DNA of 64,000 bases, from positions 62,001 to 126,000 of the forward strand of contig NW_026860005.1 in NCBI RefSeq assembly GCF_026571515.1, read 5' to 3'. This DNA comes from Ruditapes philippinarum (taxonomy: Eukaryota). The position numbers and the translations under genes were made by a program. Positions 1 to 13,562 of the stretch are shown one piece after another (position 1 is the first letter of the stretch; each line of letters starts with the position of its first letter). The notes under the pieces were generated by a model, which was not told the DNA's origin, ran no database searches, and saw only the letters and a program-made list of their open reading frames with translations.

Positions 1-1166
1 CATAACTCTAGCACCAATATTTTCAGATTTATCTCCCCTTGAACTTAGAATTTTCCTCAAAAAATACTATTTTTTACTGTTACTTCTTTATTTCTTAAGG
101 GATCAACCTCATACTTCAAATATATGTACCTTATCATCATCCCCATCTTATGTGACAAGGGTCATAACTCTAGCACAAATATTTTCAGATTTATCTCCCC
201 TTGAACTTAGAATTTTCCTCAAAAAATACTATTTTTTCCTGTTACTTCTTTATTTCTTAAGGGATCAACCTCATACTTCAAATATATGTATCTTATCATC
301 ATCCCCGTCTTATGTGACAAGGGTCATAACTCTAGCACAAATATTTTCAGATTTATCTACCCTTGAACTTAGAATTTTCCTAAAAAAATACTACTTTTTA
401 CTGTTACTTCTTTATTTCTTAAGGGATCAACCTCATACTTCAAATATATGTACCTTATCATCATCCCCATATTATGTGACAAGGTTCATAACTCTAGCAC
501 AAATATTTTCAGATTTATCTCCCCTTGAACTAAGAATTTAACCTTAAAAAATATTATTTTTTACTGTTACTTATTTATTTCTAAAGGGATCAACTTCATA
601 CTTCAAATATACATCTGTAACTTATCATCATCCACATCTCATGTGACAAGGTTCATAACTCTAGCACTAATATTGCAAGAATTATCTCCCCATAAACTTA
701 GATTTTTTTACTAGAAAAATGTTATTTTTTACTGTAACATTTTTAGTTTTAAAGGTATCTACCTCAAACTTCAAATACTTATTCCTTATCATCAATTACA
801 TTTTATGTGACAATGTTCATAACTCTTGAAGCAATATTTACAGATTTATCTTTCTTTGATCTTAGGATTTTCTTTAAGAAATATTATAACTTCTTTACTT
901 TTTAAGGTATCTACTTCAAACTTCAAATATATATTTCTTTTCATTACACACATGTTGTGTGACAAGGTTCATAACTTTAGCATTACTATTTCTAGAATTA
1001 TTCCCCTTGATCTTGGAATTTATGTTAACAAATGAAATTTTTTTACTATAACTTAATACATAATTATACATACCGTAATTGGTTTTTCTTTCATAGTTTT
1101 GTCCTTCTTTACTGCGTCCAGTATGTTATTAGTCAAGCTTGGCTGTCTCCTGTGACAGCTCTTGTT
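1..1166 (+). mobile_element. Helentron/HINE-type non-autonomous element with internal ~162-bp tandem array (5' part outside window)
   Basis: CATAACTCTAGCAC recurs at 1, 163, 325, 487 and 654, with degenerate copies after. The 3' end is AGTCAAGCT, then hairpin GCTGTC-TCCTGT-GACAGC, then TCTTGTT (1131-1166). Same family as 13563-14747. Confidence 0.75.
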
Positions 1167-2126
1167 ATGAAACCTTTTAGAACATCTACATTTTCCTCAA
1201 ACAATGGCCAGTCAGGGACAAAATTTTATAATTATGCTGAATAAATTAGTACATGCATGTATCATACTGCAGATCTTTGAAGCTTTGGTTTTTCATATCT
1301 AAATTCATAGAAATTCATATGCTAACAATATGTAACAAATACATAACCAAATATCTGCAATTTTAATACATTTGTTCAGTACAAAAGCCTTATCATTAAG
1401 TATCAAGTTAGACAAGACTTAGTTTTGAAGGAATTTGATTTAAATGTCACTCTGTAATATATAACTGTGTACTAAGGAAGTGCAGCATTAAAGAACCATA
1501 ATTCTACCTTTTTAGAGTTTTGGATTATGTCCCTTGATGATACAGAAAAATGTTAAATAATGTCTGGATTATAACTTCTAAACTATGAATGATATCTCAT
1601 TGAAAAATTTCAAAACTGTCAATAAAATCTTATTGAAACCACATATGGTTATAGAATCTAGTTAGAGAAAGTGCAATGTTAAAGAACAATAACTCTGTTT
1701 GATAATTATCTACCTTTATAATACATAATAATTCATTTCCCGGGAATAACTTGATATGTATCAAACAATTTTATGAACAGGTCATACAGTGATAATTGTG
1801 TGCTGACTAAGATCTATAATGCCACCTTGTTTGATTCTTTAATTACCTCCCTTTATAATACTTAATAATACTTGTTAAATTTATAACCTAAATTAGTCGT
1901 TGACTAATGTTTTTCGTATTTGGTAGACACATACATAGGATGGTCTTCTAACTTTGGTCCCTTGGTTTAAGGCCTGAAGGACAAGGTAATTATTGATTTT
2001 TATTTTTTTGATTTAAATAGGCAGATAAATTTATCAAAAGCATCAGTATGGTTTTGGGACATCAACATATGAACAAATCATGAATAGTAAAAAATAGATG
2101 AAAATTTTTACTGTTATTTTTTCCAG

Positions 2127-5100
2127 AATGGAAACCAGATTGATAGAGCGAACAACTGGAAAGTCCCACACAAAGGTGAGTTCCTTTAAAATCAGAATCA
2201 TCCCTGTTGACATATGCAAATGTAAAGAAATGTTATAAAAGTTTGACATGCATAACTGGTTTATAAACATATGTTTGTTAAGTTTTGTATGAACTTTTGA
2301 GTTGTTATGAATAAATACATGTATATAATATGTTTAGGTAAAAATATTCCATTCTTACATTTTGCCATGAGGTGTCTGATTAAGTTACTGATAAAGTTAA
2401 ATTTATCAGACATGCACAATGTCAACAGAAATCAATAGGATGGTATGATAAGTAATTGTTTATGGTTATTGATTTTAACAAACTGTTTAATCTCTGAATG
2501 GACTTTAACAATTACAACCTTGATGATATTTTGATATAATAATGTACTTAAAACTGGTGAGTCGCCATTATGACCTATAATTAGATACTGTGTTAGTGTA
2601 GCATAAAACCCAATCAAGCAAACAAAACAAAATTAATAATGTATTGTAGATTTAACAAAGATTATTTTCAAAACATATTTGTAACCAGTATATCATTTTT
2701 TTGCAAGTACATGTATCTAATTTTTACTATATTCGCCAGGTTAATGTTTTGGTAAAATCTATCAAAGGTTTTGAAATACCTGTTCACTATCAAAATAAGA
2801 ATGCATTGTAAACACCCATATAACCTTATAATAATTTTTGGCCCAGTTATATAGAATACTCGGTTCAAACTAGTTCACTGTGAAGGGCAGGTAAGTCTGC
2901 CAAGTAATCGCACAGTCCGACTGTCTGTCGTGCACAAATATCGCCTACATCATGATGATGTGTACCGCAAAAGTCAAGGTCACACTGACTGCGAGTTCCC
3001 ACAATTAGTGTTTAAAGGTACACACATTTGTGTCCGGACTGTAAATAACCAAGCATATATGCCTACCACATCAAGGGGACATGTCTTATCCAAGATCCAC
3101 CTCCAAGGTCACACTTACAGTTTTTAGGTACTTACTCTCACAAGAAGAGTTTGAAGGTACACATTTGTGTCGGGACTGTAGCTCTGTCATGCAGTGTAAA
3201 GATTTTGAAATAACTTGGCATAAAAAACTGCCACATCAAGGTGACATGTCACATCTCAGGCCCATGACACTACCTAAAAAGTCAAGGTCACACTTAAAGG
3301 TTGAAAGTACACATTTGTGCCCGGACTGTATTTTTGTTAAGCATTGAAGGATTTTAAAATAACTTGGCATGAATGTCTGCCACATCAAGACCACATGTTG
3401 CGTCAAAGACCCATGTCCCTACCTCCAAGGTCAAATTCACACATACAGTAAAGAGTTTGAAGGCACACATTTGTGTCCACTCTGCAACTTTGTCATGCAT
3501 TGTAGGATTTTAAAAATAACTTGTTTGACTGATGTTTTTCACATTTGGTAGGATAATAACTTGCATGGTATACATGCACTTCCTTTAGATTGAGTTAGGG
3601 GTCAGTTAGGCCAAGGTAACCAGTGCTAAAAATTGATTTTTACACTTTTACATGAAGACATCCTTTTGAAGGACATATTTCTTTCGTATTAAGTAAGATA
3701 ACTTGTATGACCTTATTCGTATATATTGAGTAAGGAGTGAGTGGGTCAAGGTCAGGGGTGCCAAAATAGATTTCTAAACATTTTCTTATACAGCCTTTAT
3801 TTAAAGACTGATATTTGTCTTACTTGGAAGGAACATAAGTAGTATATAATGGTGAGAATCCACTACTAATATACCTTGGATGGCCTAGTGTTGGGAGTCA
3901 CACGGTCAAGGTCACTTAATTGTGCTAACAATAGAATTTTTACACTTTTTCTTATACAGCCTTTGTATTTTGTTTCATGTCTCATTTTAGAAGAACATAA
4001 TTCATGTGGTTCTTTAAGTTTGGGTGGAATTTGGGGTCACTAGGTTCAAGGTCAAGGTCTTAATTTTTGTCCTTCCGTCCGTCCGTTCTTTTTTGTGTCG
4101 CACGTAACTCAAAAAGTGTTTGACCTAGAGTCATGAAACTTTACAGGAATGTTGATCAGCATGTGTAGTTGTGCACCTGGGTATTTTTGTCTGGATATTT
4201 TTAGTATTTTTAGATTTATTGCCCTTGACTTAGTAAAATTTTGCAATTTTCAACTTGTGTCGCATGTGACTCAAAAAGTATTTGACCTAGAGTCATGAAA
4301 CTTTACAAGAATGTTGATCAGCATGTGTAGTTGTGCACCTGGGTATTTTTGTCTGGATATTTTTAGTATTTTTAGAGTTATCACCCTTGACTTAGTAAAA
4401 TTTTGCAATTTTCAACTTGTGTCGCATGTAACTCAAAAAGGATTTGACATAGAGTCATGAAACTTTACAGGAATGTTGATCAGCATGTGTAGTTGTGCAC
4501 CTGGGTATTTTTGTCTGGATTTATTTAGTATTTTTAGAGTTATTGCCCTTGACTTAGTAAAAACCGTTTCATTATGTTGTTATTTGTTCCTTGAGTGCTT
4601 AAGTTAGAATCAACCAACTTTACAGGAATTATGATCAACATCACTAAATTACAGGAATAATGATTCACATCACTGTGAAGCTATGCACCTGGGACTTTGC
4701 ATGTGGATTTTTTTCAGTTTTGTTAGAGTTATTGCCCTTGTCTTACAGTAGTATAAATTTGCAATTTTCAACTTGCATAGCTCAAAAAGTATTTCACTTG
4801 TAAGCCTGAAAGTTTACAAGAATGTTGGTCAGCATGTGTACTTATGCACCTTGGGGTTTGCTTGTGGATTTATTCAGTATTTGTAAAGTTCTTGCCCTTA
4901 ACTTAGTAAAAGATTTTTAGTTTTCAAAAAATATTTGACCTAGAATCATAAGATTGACAAAACAGTGACACATTTCTAGTTTGACTTGAAAAACCATGGA
5001 TGTTACAATAACAGATATGTTGCTTATTATATGATTGAAACAAGTCTAAGTCGTTCAATTGACATGTTCTTTAACGTTTCCAGAGTTCACTTTGACAACT

Positions 5101-8100
5101 TTGGTGAAATTTTATTTTTTATTAGGAGAAAAGTTTTGTTCCTGTGACTGCCTAGAGTATTTGTTTTGAGGACATTAACAGAATAATGAATGAAACATTC
5201 AAAACCAAGAAATGAAAATTTTGCCTGTGTCTCCCATTAAAAAGACTAGACCTAACTTGACCATGACTCATAAATAATTTTAACCTCCAAGGTCAATTTT
5301 TTTTTAATTTTGCATGATTTATTTTTCAAAATTGACTATAACTTTGTAATTTATGAATAAGTTGTCTTCATACCTGGCCACAACAATCTTTTGGACAAGA
5401 CTTTCAATATAATAAACCAAATTGGCCGTGACCTGTACTCATAAATGACCTTGAACTTGAATTTTTCTTGATTATTGCAATATTTGACTATAAATTCTTT
5501 CATTAGGAAAATGTTTTGAAAATAGAGCTAATAAAACTTTGACCTTGACTTATAAATGACCTTGAAGGTCAAATAATTGAAATTTCATTGTTTTTGCAAC
5601 ATTTGGCTGTATATAACTTTGTAATTGCAGATCTTCATACATAGAAATAGCAAGTCAATGTCAGATTGCTGAAAATAATTGTCATAACTTTGTTATTTAG
5701 ATACATACTTATATTTTTATTGGGGACAAAACTAACTTTTGAAAAATAAAAAAGAACCTTGACCTTAAATCGACCATCAATTATTTATTTAAACATTGTA
5801 TTCATTTTTACAGTGTTTTGTTTAATTGTCATAACTTTGTTAATAATTTACAAATTTGATTTATTTATAACATAAGAATGCTTAATATGAAATAACGTTT
5901 TTGTTTTTAATACCAACTCTAACCATTACATGACATTGACTGTCCAGGTCAAATTATTGAATTTAGCTAAAATTGTCATAACTTTGTAACTTACTTTACT
6001 ATTTGATAAACAAAACCCACATGTCACTAGTCACTATAAATGTACTTACTGCCAAAAGGCACTTGAAGCAAAATATGATTAAGGTAATTGACCAATTAAT
6101 AACTTTCTGGGAAATATAACAGGACACCAAAAATGAAAAGTTTTTTTAAAATAAAATAAAAGTGTTTCTGAGCACAATGGGCCTCTAAAAATGAGACTTG
6201 TTTATATAAATAAGTATACATTTATCCAAGCCGATATGCGTGCATTTATTTATAGAATTCTTAAACATTAGTTTTAACAATCTTTTGGAATAGTTAAAAA
6301 TCACTAAAATATTGACATAGTATATTCATAATTCATGTGATTTACATGTATTTTTAACAGGTAGAAAGCAATGGTGATATTGATCTGTTACCAGATGTAA
6401 ATGTAACAACAAGAATACAGTTTGAAACATCACCTGACATTCTAAATGATGTATTGGACATGGAAGAAGGTTTGTTCTGTTTTGTACGTTTTTGTATATT
6501 TCAACTGATATTCAGTATATCATTAAAAAGACTGAAATTGTAAAATACGTTAACTTGAAACTCTTGTTAACAGCAGCAAAAATAAATTTTATAACAAAAA
6601 AATGCAGATTTGGTTTGACTGAGTCTGAATTTATATGACCAATATAAACAACGAAACCCCCCCCCCCCCAAAAAAAAAAAAAAAAAAAACCCAACAAAAA
6701 ACAAACAAAAAACAAACACACACACAAAAGAAACAGAAGCAACAACTCCCATGCCTGTAGCAGTAAACTCTTAGTTATAAAGAAGATTTGAGATTTTGAA
6801 TCAATAAAATGATCATCAGTATAAATCATATCCTATATAAATAACAAAGTTATGACAATATAAGCCTTACATAAATTCAGCTACATCCAATATTTGACAG
6901 AAACAGTCATGGTCATTAAAGGCTAAGGTCATATTTTGATTACTAACAATGTCAGTTTGGTTATAAGTGATTGTTTGGTCTGAATATATATCAAATAGAG
7001 AAAATATGAATCCCTAAAGAAAGGCCAAAAACAGCAAAATTAGATTTTGCAGGCTAGGTATGATTGAGCCTGTTCATGGACAGTACTGTCAAGTGCTAAC
7101 TACCGTCCACGCCCCCTAGCACCGGCTTAAACAGAATTCATCATTTAAACATGAAATGGTTAAATTTTAAATTTGGAAACATCCGCAGATTTGTTCATAC
7201 GGTGGTTATCATGGAACCTTCAATGTAACACAGTAGTGCCATTCCATGAAAAGGGGCGTATGGTCCCCATGTTATAAAAAGCGTGTGCTCTAAACGAGAA
7301 AACACTGGGCGGAACTAAATAAAATGAAATTATGAAAAGGGCCCCAGAGGTTATGAAGCCTGCATATCACAGATAAGACGTCAAAAGACAAAGTTAAAAA
7401 AAGCAGGGCAACATATCCTAATTGTTTCATTTTTTTGTTGTTGTTGTTTATATGTCATTAAAATTCAGACTTAGTCAAAACAAATCTGCATATTTTGTTA
7501 TCAATTTTTGTGTCGCCTCTACGGAGTAGTGGCGACATATAGGGATCACTTCTCCGTCGTCTGTCTGTCTGTCCATCCGTCTGTCACAAAACTTGTCTGG
7601 ACTACTCCTAATAAACTACTGGTGCAATTTCATCCAAACTTTACAGAAATGATCAGTACCAAGTCTAGTTGTGCATATTGTCAGCATTTTCCGGTTCAAT
7701 GATTTTTGTCAGAGTTATGGCCCTTTAATAATTTTTAATTTTAAAGTTTGTCCGGACTACTTCTCTTACACCACTAATGCAATTTCAATGAAACTTTACA
7801 GGATTGATCTTTAGCTCAAGTCCTTGCGCATATTGCACGGGTTTTCCGGTTGAATGATTTTTGGCCGAGTTATGGCCCTTTGATAAAAAGGTGTTTTTTT
7901 CTGTGTGTTGCCAGATACACAAAAGCTTGTCCGGACTACTCCTCATAAACTACTGATGCAATTTCATTTAAACTTTACAGAAATGATCAGCATGAAGTCT
8001 AGTTGTGCATATTGTCAGCATTTTCCGGTTCAATGATTTTTGTCAGAGTTATGGCCCTTTAATAATTTTTAATTTTTAAAGTTTTGTCCGGACTACTTCT

Positions 8101-9343
8101 CTTATACCACTAATGCAATTTCAATGAAACTTTACAGGATTGATCTGTAGCTCAAGTTCTTGCGCATATTGCACGGGTTTTCCGGTTGAATGATTTTTGG
8201 CCGAGTCATTGCCCTTTGATAAAAAGGTGTTTTTTTTCTGTGTGTTGCCAGATACACAAAAGCTTGTCCGGACTACTCCTCAAAAACTATAGGTGCAATT
8301 TCATCCAAACTTTACAGGAATGATCAGTACCAAGTCTAGTTGTGCACTGTCCGTCTGTCTGTCCGTCTGTCACAAAATTTGTCCCAACATGAAATTGGCC
8401 ATCATGAGGCGACACATGTGATTACAGATCGCTCTTGTATATATTTTATGTTCTCAAATCCATAAAAAGATAAAAAGTTTTGACCAGTTGTAGTAAATTT
8501 CACCAGGTTAAAGCATGCAGGTTAAACGTCTTAAAGATGAAAAGTAATTACATAGTTAATAATTACTGTTTCTTTCCAGAGTATATGAACGGTAGCAGGA
8601 AGACCCAAGTTGTTGATATCGCAGGTCATATCAACACATATATGAAGGCTAGAGGTAAAGTGTTTTCTCCTAATGTCCCCATTGCAATGTCAGAATTGGT
8701 AGCAGCCACAAGCATGCTTGGTATTGAGTGGGTGAAAAACAATGATGGTGTTTTGATACCTGTAATGATAAAGGGTCATAACACTGAATTCGAGAATGGA
8801 GATACTATGTTTGAGTCCCAAAGAAATATTGTTTCCTTGACAAAGAAGGCCAAAGATAATGACCAAAGAGTCCTGTCTCCTTCAAGATCAGCACCACAGG
8901 TTGCTGGCACTCCTACGGATGAACAATTATGGTTGGGCAAGGTTCGTCCAGCTGTTGGTCAAGTAATTAAATATTCATTTGGAGGAACTGGTCAAACGTC
9001 ACAAGAGGGAAGCATCTCTGATGTCAATGCTACTAATACTGCTATTGGAAATCAGGATCCAAAGCCGGCTGATTTATTTATTTATCCGTCAACATCAAAA
9101 CAGCTTGTGCCTGCTAGCCTTAACCAACCATATGCAGGCGACAGGATTGCACACAGTCAATCTGCAAATAATTCAACAGCAGGGTTTGAACCTGCAAACC
9201 ACCCAGTTACAAACTGTCCAAGTCCATATAGTACTCATACAGGGCCTAAGAAAGGAAAGAAGAAAAGGCAGAAATTTCAACCTTACTACAAAAAACAGCG
9301 AAAACCAAATGATGAAGACGAAACTTCAGATGATCCTACATAA
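2127..9343 (+). CDS. 3' exons of an unidentified protein-coding gene (2127-2175, 6361-6469, 8580-9343)
   Basis: Canonical AG/GT sites with compatible phases: ..METRLIERTTGKSHTK | VESNGDIDLLPDVNVTTRIQFETSPDILNDVLDMEE | EYMNGSRKTQVVDIAGHINTYMKARG...KKGKKKRQKFQPYYKKQRK..DDPT*. The last exon is the ORF 8480-9343 frame and has a basic NLS-like tail. Family not recognised. Confidence 0.7.
2870..4050 (+). repeat. Degenerate HINE-like repeat with CACATTTGTGTCCGGACTGTA / CAAGGTCAC units
   Basis: Motif recurs near 3020, 3160, 3310 and 3465, with many GGTCAAGGTCA motifs. Boundaries approximate. Confidence 0.5.
4060..4990 (+). repeat. HINE-like element with (GTCC)n microsatellite and ~161-bp tandem units
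   Basis: GTCCTTCCGTCCGTCCG at ~4069; three near-identical units GTCATGAAACTTTACAGGAATGTTGATCAGCATGTGTAGTTGTGCACCTGGG at ~4130, ~4291 and ~4454, then degenerate copies. Confidence 0.7.
6995..7420 (-). repeat. Dispersed repeat, copy 1 (reverse complement of part of 15455-16090)
   Basis: CCGTCCACGCCCCCTAGCACCGGCTTAA and CATGGAACCTTCAATGT..CACAGTAGTGCCATTCCATGAAAAG match the reverse complement of ~15830-15985. Confidence 0.75.
7505..8438 (+). mobile_element. Helentron/HINE-type non-autonomous element
   Basis: Subterminal inverted repeats TGTGTCGCCTC (7509) and GAGGCGACACA (8406); (GTCT/GTCC)n microsatellite; duplicated ~335-bp internal core; 3' end ..CTCTTGT in a T-rich site. Confidence 0.8.
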
Positions 9344-10370
9344 TTTAAAAAATCCAACTGGTGCATGATATATCTTTTTTTACACTAAACCTGCTATGTA
9401 AAACTGAAAGTGATAAGCCCTTTTCCACCAGTATAAAGCCTTACCAGCCTTCATAAATGTGCAGACTGATCAGGCTATATACTGTTGTCATTTTTTGTAT
9501 TTTGAAATTGTTAAATATATTCAAATGGACTGTTCCAAATTCAAAGCAGAGAAAATCCATTAAAGCTGCATGCATCAAGATGAGCCAAATATTTCAAGAA
9601 AACCAAACTTGAGAAAAATGTATTGAGGTTTTATGAAAATTAAAAAGACTGAAGATAAAAGTAATAATGTCTATGCTATTTGAGATAAATGGCCGATTTT
9701 TCAATAATTTTCACCATATTTCTACTGCGTTACTAACATAGTAAGAGTTGATTTTGCATATTTTGACCATTTTTTGTAATTTACATGGGTTGAAAGTGCC
9801 TTTGCAAAGTGGATGTTATTTTCTTTGTCAGCTTCACAATATTTTACTTTATTATACATTTTCAAAATTTTCATGAAAATTGAAAGGAATCTGGAAATAA
9901 AAATCTTAAAATAATTTAGCTAGATAAATATTTACAAAATATTTTCTCAGTTTCAATGTAAAACTATATACTTGGACAAAGAATATTCATGACAACACCA
10001 TCATGTTGAACAGTTTCAGTATGGCTTTCATCTGTAAATGACCTTTGACTGTCAAGGTCACATATGAATATTTAATTATATCTTGTACAAGAAAGGAATG
10101 TTTTCTAGGAGAATTCTTTACTGCAATATTCTTCCTCTATTGTGTTTGACTTTAGAAACCGTTGTCCTTCCTTTGAGGTGGTTCTTGTAAATATATTTGA
10201 TGTTTTTTTGTATATTATTATAATAAAAATCACTTGTATGTATGAATGTATTATATATTAGAATGTACATGTATTGTTAGTTGTGATGATTTGTTGCTGT
10301 TTGAGTTTAGAAATAAGAAAAAGTTAAGTGTTACCCTTGCTTGGCGGTGGTTCTTGTAAACATATTTGAT

Positions 10371-11286
10371 TTTTAGCTCACCAGAGATGGGTCATATCAG
10401 ATTAAAAAAACTAGGTTACAGGTGCAAAAAATAGAAATTTTTTGTTAACTCTCTAGTGGCTACTGTTTTGATCAAAATTTCCTGGAAATTGGTCTGAAAG
10501 TTTGTTTTGATAATTTCTAGGTCAAGTTCAAATATTGGTCATCTGGGGTCAAAAACAAGGTCATACCGCCCAAATATGGCAAAAGCTTGTTTACACTCTA
10601 GTGGTCACATGTTTTACTGAAATGTCATTTAGCTTAGTCATGATGCTTGTCTAGGTAATTGCTCGAATGAGTTTGAACATGGGTCATATCAGATGAAAAA
10701 CTAGGTCACAGGAGTTAAAAATAGAAAAATCTTGTTAACACTCTAGTGGCTACTGCTACTGATCTGAATATTGTGGAGTTTGTTTTAATGATTTCTAAGT
10801 CAAAGTCAAATATGGGTCAACTGGGGGAAAAAAACAGGTCATACTGCCCAAATATGGTAAAACTTTATTAACACTCTAGTGGTCATATTTTTGCCTCAAT
10901 CATCATCAAACTTTGTCAGGATGCTTGTCTAGGTAATTACTCGAATAAATTCGAACATGATCATTTTGAATGAAAACTAGGTCACAGGAGCTAAAAATAG
11001 AAGTCTTGTTAACTCTCTAGTGGCTACTGTTTTGATCCTAATATCCTGGAAACTTGTCTGAAAGTTGTTTTGATGATTTCTAGGTCAATTCCGAATATGG
11101 GTCACCTCACCTGGGGTTAAAAACTAGGTCATACCGCCCAAATATGGAAAAACCTTGTTAACACTCTAGTGGTCACATTTTTTACTAAATTGTCACCAAA
11201 CCTTGGTCAGGATGCTTGTCTAGGTAATTACTCTGATGAGTTCTATGGGTGAGATGAATGATCTAGGGCCATTTTGGTCTTCTTGT
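10371..11286 (+). mobile_element. Helentron/HINE-type element with tandem internal repeats
   Basis: 5' TTTTAGCTCACC; 3' GGTGAG..TAGGGCCATTTTGGTCTTCTTGT; alternating internal units (AAAACTAGGTCA, CTCTAGTGG). Confidence 0.7.
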
Positions 11287-12052
11287 ATGTATATTTTTAT
11301 AAAAAAATGACTTGTATTAAAGAATGATTGATTGATTGATTGATTGATTTATTTGTGTATATATATATGTCATATTACAAAACAAATTAAGACAATTTAT
11401 CACAGATATATCTATCACATTGTTTTTAACACAGTAATTAATTGAAAAATAATAACTTTACATTCATAATTAAATCAAAGATCTTGTTGACTTCAAGACA
11501 ATATATACAACACAGGATAACCCATGAAAGTTCAATATAAAATAGAGAACTTATTTCCAATGGGGTCCTTTGATGGTAAAGAATATATTTTCTTGAGAAC
11601 TGGCATTCAGGTCCATACTTAGAGATGATATACTGGACTGATGACTGAATGACTGATGACTGAATGCATTATATATCAGAATTTACATGTATTGTTAGTT
11701 ATGATGAATTGTCTGTTTGAGTTAAGAAGTAAGAAAAAGTCAAGCAGTGTCCTTGCTTGTCGGTTGTTTTTGTAAATACATTTGTATATTTGATTTTTTT
11801 TGTATATTATTATAATACAATTGGCTTGTATGTAAAAATGTATTATATATTAGAATGTATATGTATTGTTATAATGATGAGAGTATGAGAGTCTTATATA
11901 AGTTTTTGTCGGTTCTGTTCTATTTTATACATAGTAATTCTTTTGTGTAGGTGTAAGCTTGCTTATTGAGATGATAGACTTCTCTAATTTATCATTCTAT
12001 ACCATCTTGTTTTGTTATTTAATGACACATTAAACCTCAAAAATGCTAATGT

Positions 12053-12211
12053 TTGATCAGGATCCATGCTGTTTGCTTACCAACTCTATTACAAGTAGAG
12101 AAACTGATAGCGAACAGCGTGGATCCTGATCAGACTGCGCGGATGCACAGGCTGGTCTGGATCCATGCTGGTCGCAAACGCACTATGTTGGTTTTGTCAT
12201 GGCGCTGCTCA
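12053..12211. mobile_element. Palindromic MITE family (GATCAGGATCCATGCTG..CAGCATGGATCCTGATCAG), partial copy
   Basis: Near-identical copies at 27921-28057, 31819-31993 and 61106-61246. Confidence 0.8.
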
Positions 12212-13562
12212 TTTATAGAATTTTAGACCATCCAAGCAGAATATTGATAATTTTTGTGAAGAAGAAAATCAAATTAAAAATAATCATGGTAATTAAAATG
12301 TGATGCTTGTTTTTACTTTTACTTGTACAATCACCATTTACATAAAGATGGGCATAGTGTCACTTAAATCCAGAAAAATATGATTCAACTAATTGGTTTT
12401 CCTGATTTGGCGACGTCATGATGTCACAAGTCAGAAATGAGTAAGCTGAAAATACGCCATATGATATAACATTGAACAAATTGAGAATTTATTTGTTTAA
12501 AGATCCAGGTGTAACTCATTTTTTATGGTTTTAAATCATAAATATAATTTATCGATATTGTTAGTTCCAAAAAGCATGATATTTGTAAAGATATTACCGA
12601 ATTTACATTTCATGTTAATGAAGGGAGGTAATTAGAAATTTATTTTCTATAAAGTCAAAGGCAAATTTTTCTATAAGAATGAATGCATATATTTTTATGA
12701 TTAAATTATTTTAATGATTACATAATATTATAATGTGAACAAATATTTGCAGTACATAATATTATTTTACATATTCTTTGATGTTTGAAAATTGTTTTAG
12801 AAGCATAATTATATACATATATAAAATTTTACACAAGTGTGGTTACAACCTTAATTACAACATACAGAATTTTTAACATGTACTGTCAACACCAGCTGTT
12901 ATATTCGTAGATTAATTCAAATAAGAGTAGCTTCTTGTGTTTACTTAGTTACACATTTTAAAGCAAATAAAACATTTTTGTATCTAATTTAAGAGAACTC
13001 CACTGAGGTTCAAAAGCCAAAAACATAATATTTGACTTTCTGATATAGATCACCTGTCCTGGGGCTCTGAAAATAGTAAGATATGCATAATATCATTAAG
13101 AAATAAAGTGAAAATAGTATTTTTGTGCTATGTTTAGCCCAATTCAAGGGAAACGTTTAAACGATTTTCAATTTTAAGTCATTTTTTTCCCAGAACAATT
13201 ATTCTATAAAAACAGAGTGAGTGAATGCTCAAATTTTTTTGTACACATGTTATTTCTTTAGACCTACAAGGAATGGAACATTAATCTTGAGCAATTATTT
13301 CCGGTCCCGTCATGTCATAAAAGCTCAGTGGAGTCCCTTTAATGATAAAAATTGTCATGGTAATGTATTAAATCTCTTACATTTCGTTTCGGTAAGTGGT
13401 TTGCTAAATATAAATAACCTTGTTATTTTGCAATTCTGATGGTACATGTCAATCATAATTAGGTACACCTTATTTCTATTATGTTATAATGCAACATAGC
13501 TGCACAATGTATACAGTATATTTCAAATAAATGTAATCCTAGAATAAGTTTTTGTGTTGTCA

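Noticed and set aside
152-1244. ORFs with repeated peptides (also 13915-14634)
   Set aside because: Products of the 162-bp non-coding tandem unit, whose length is a multiple of 3.
6512-6829. Phe/Gly-rich minus-strand ORFs
   Set aside because: Derived from poly-C/poly-A low-complexity sequence.
8979-9368. Overlapping 129-aa ORF
   Set aside because: Alternative frame of the terminal exon; only the 8480-9343 frame fits the upstream exon phase.
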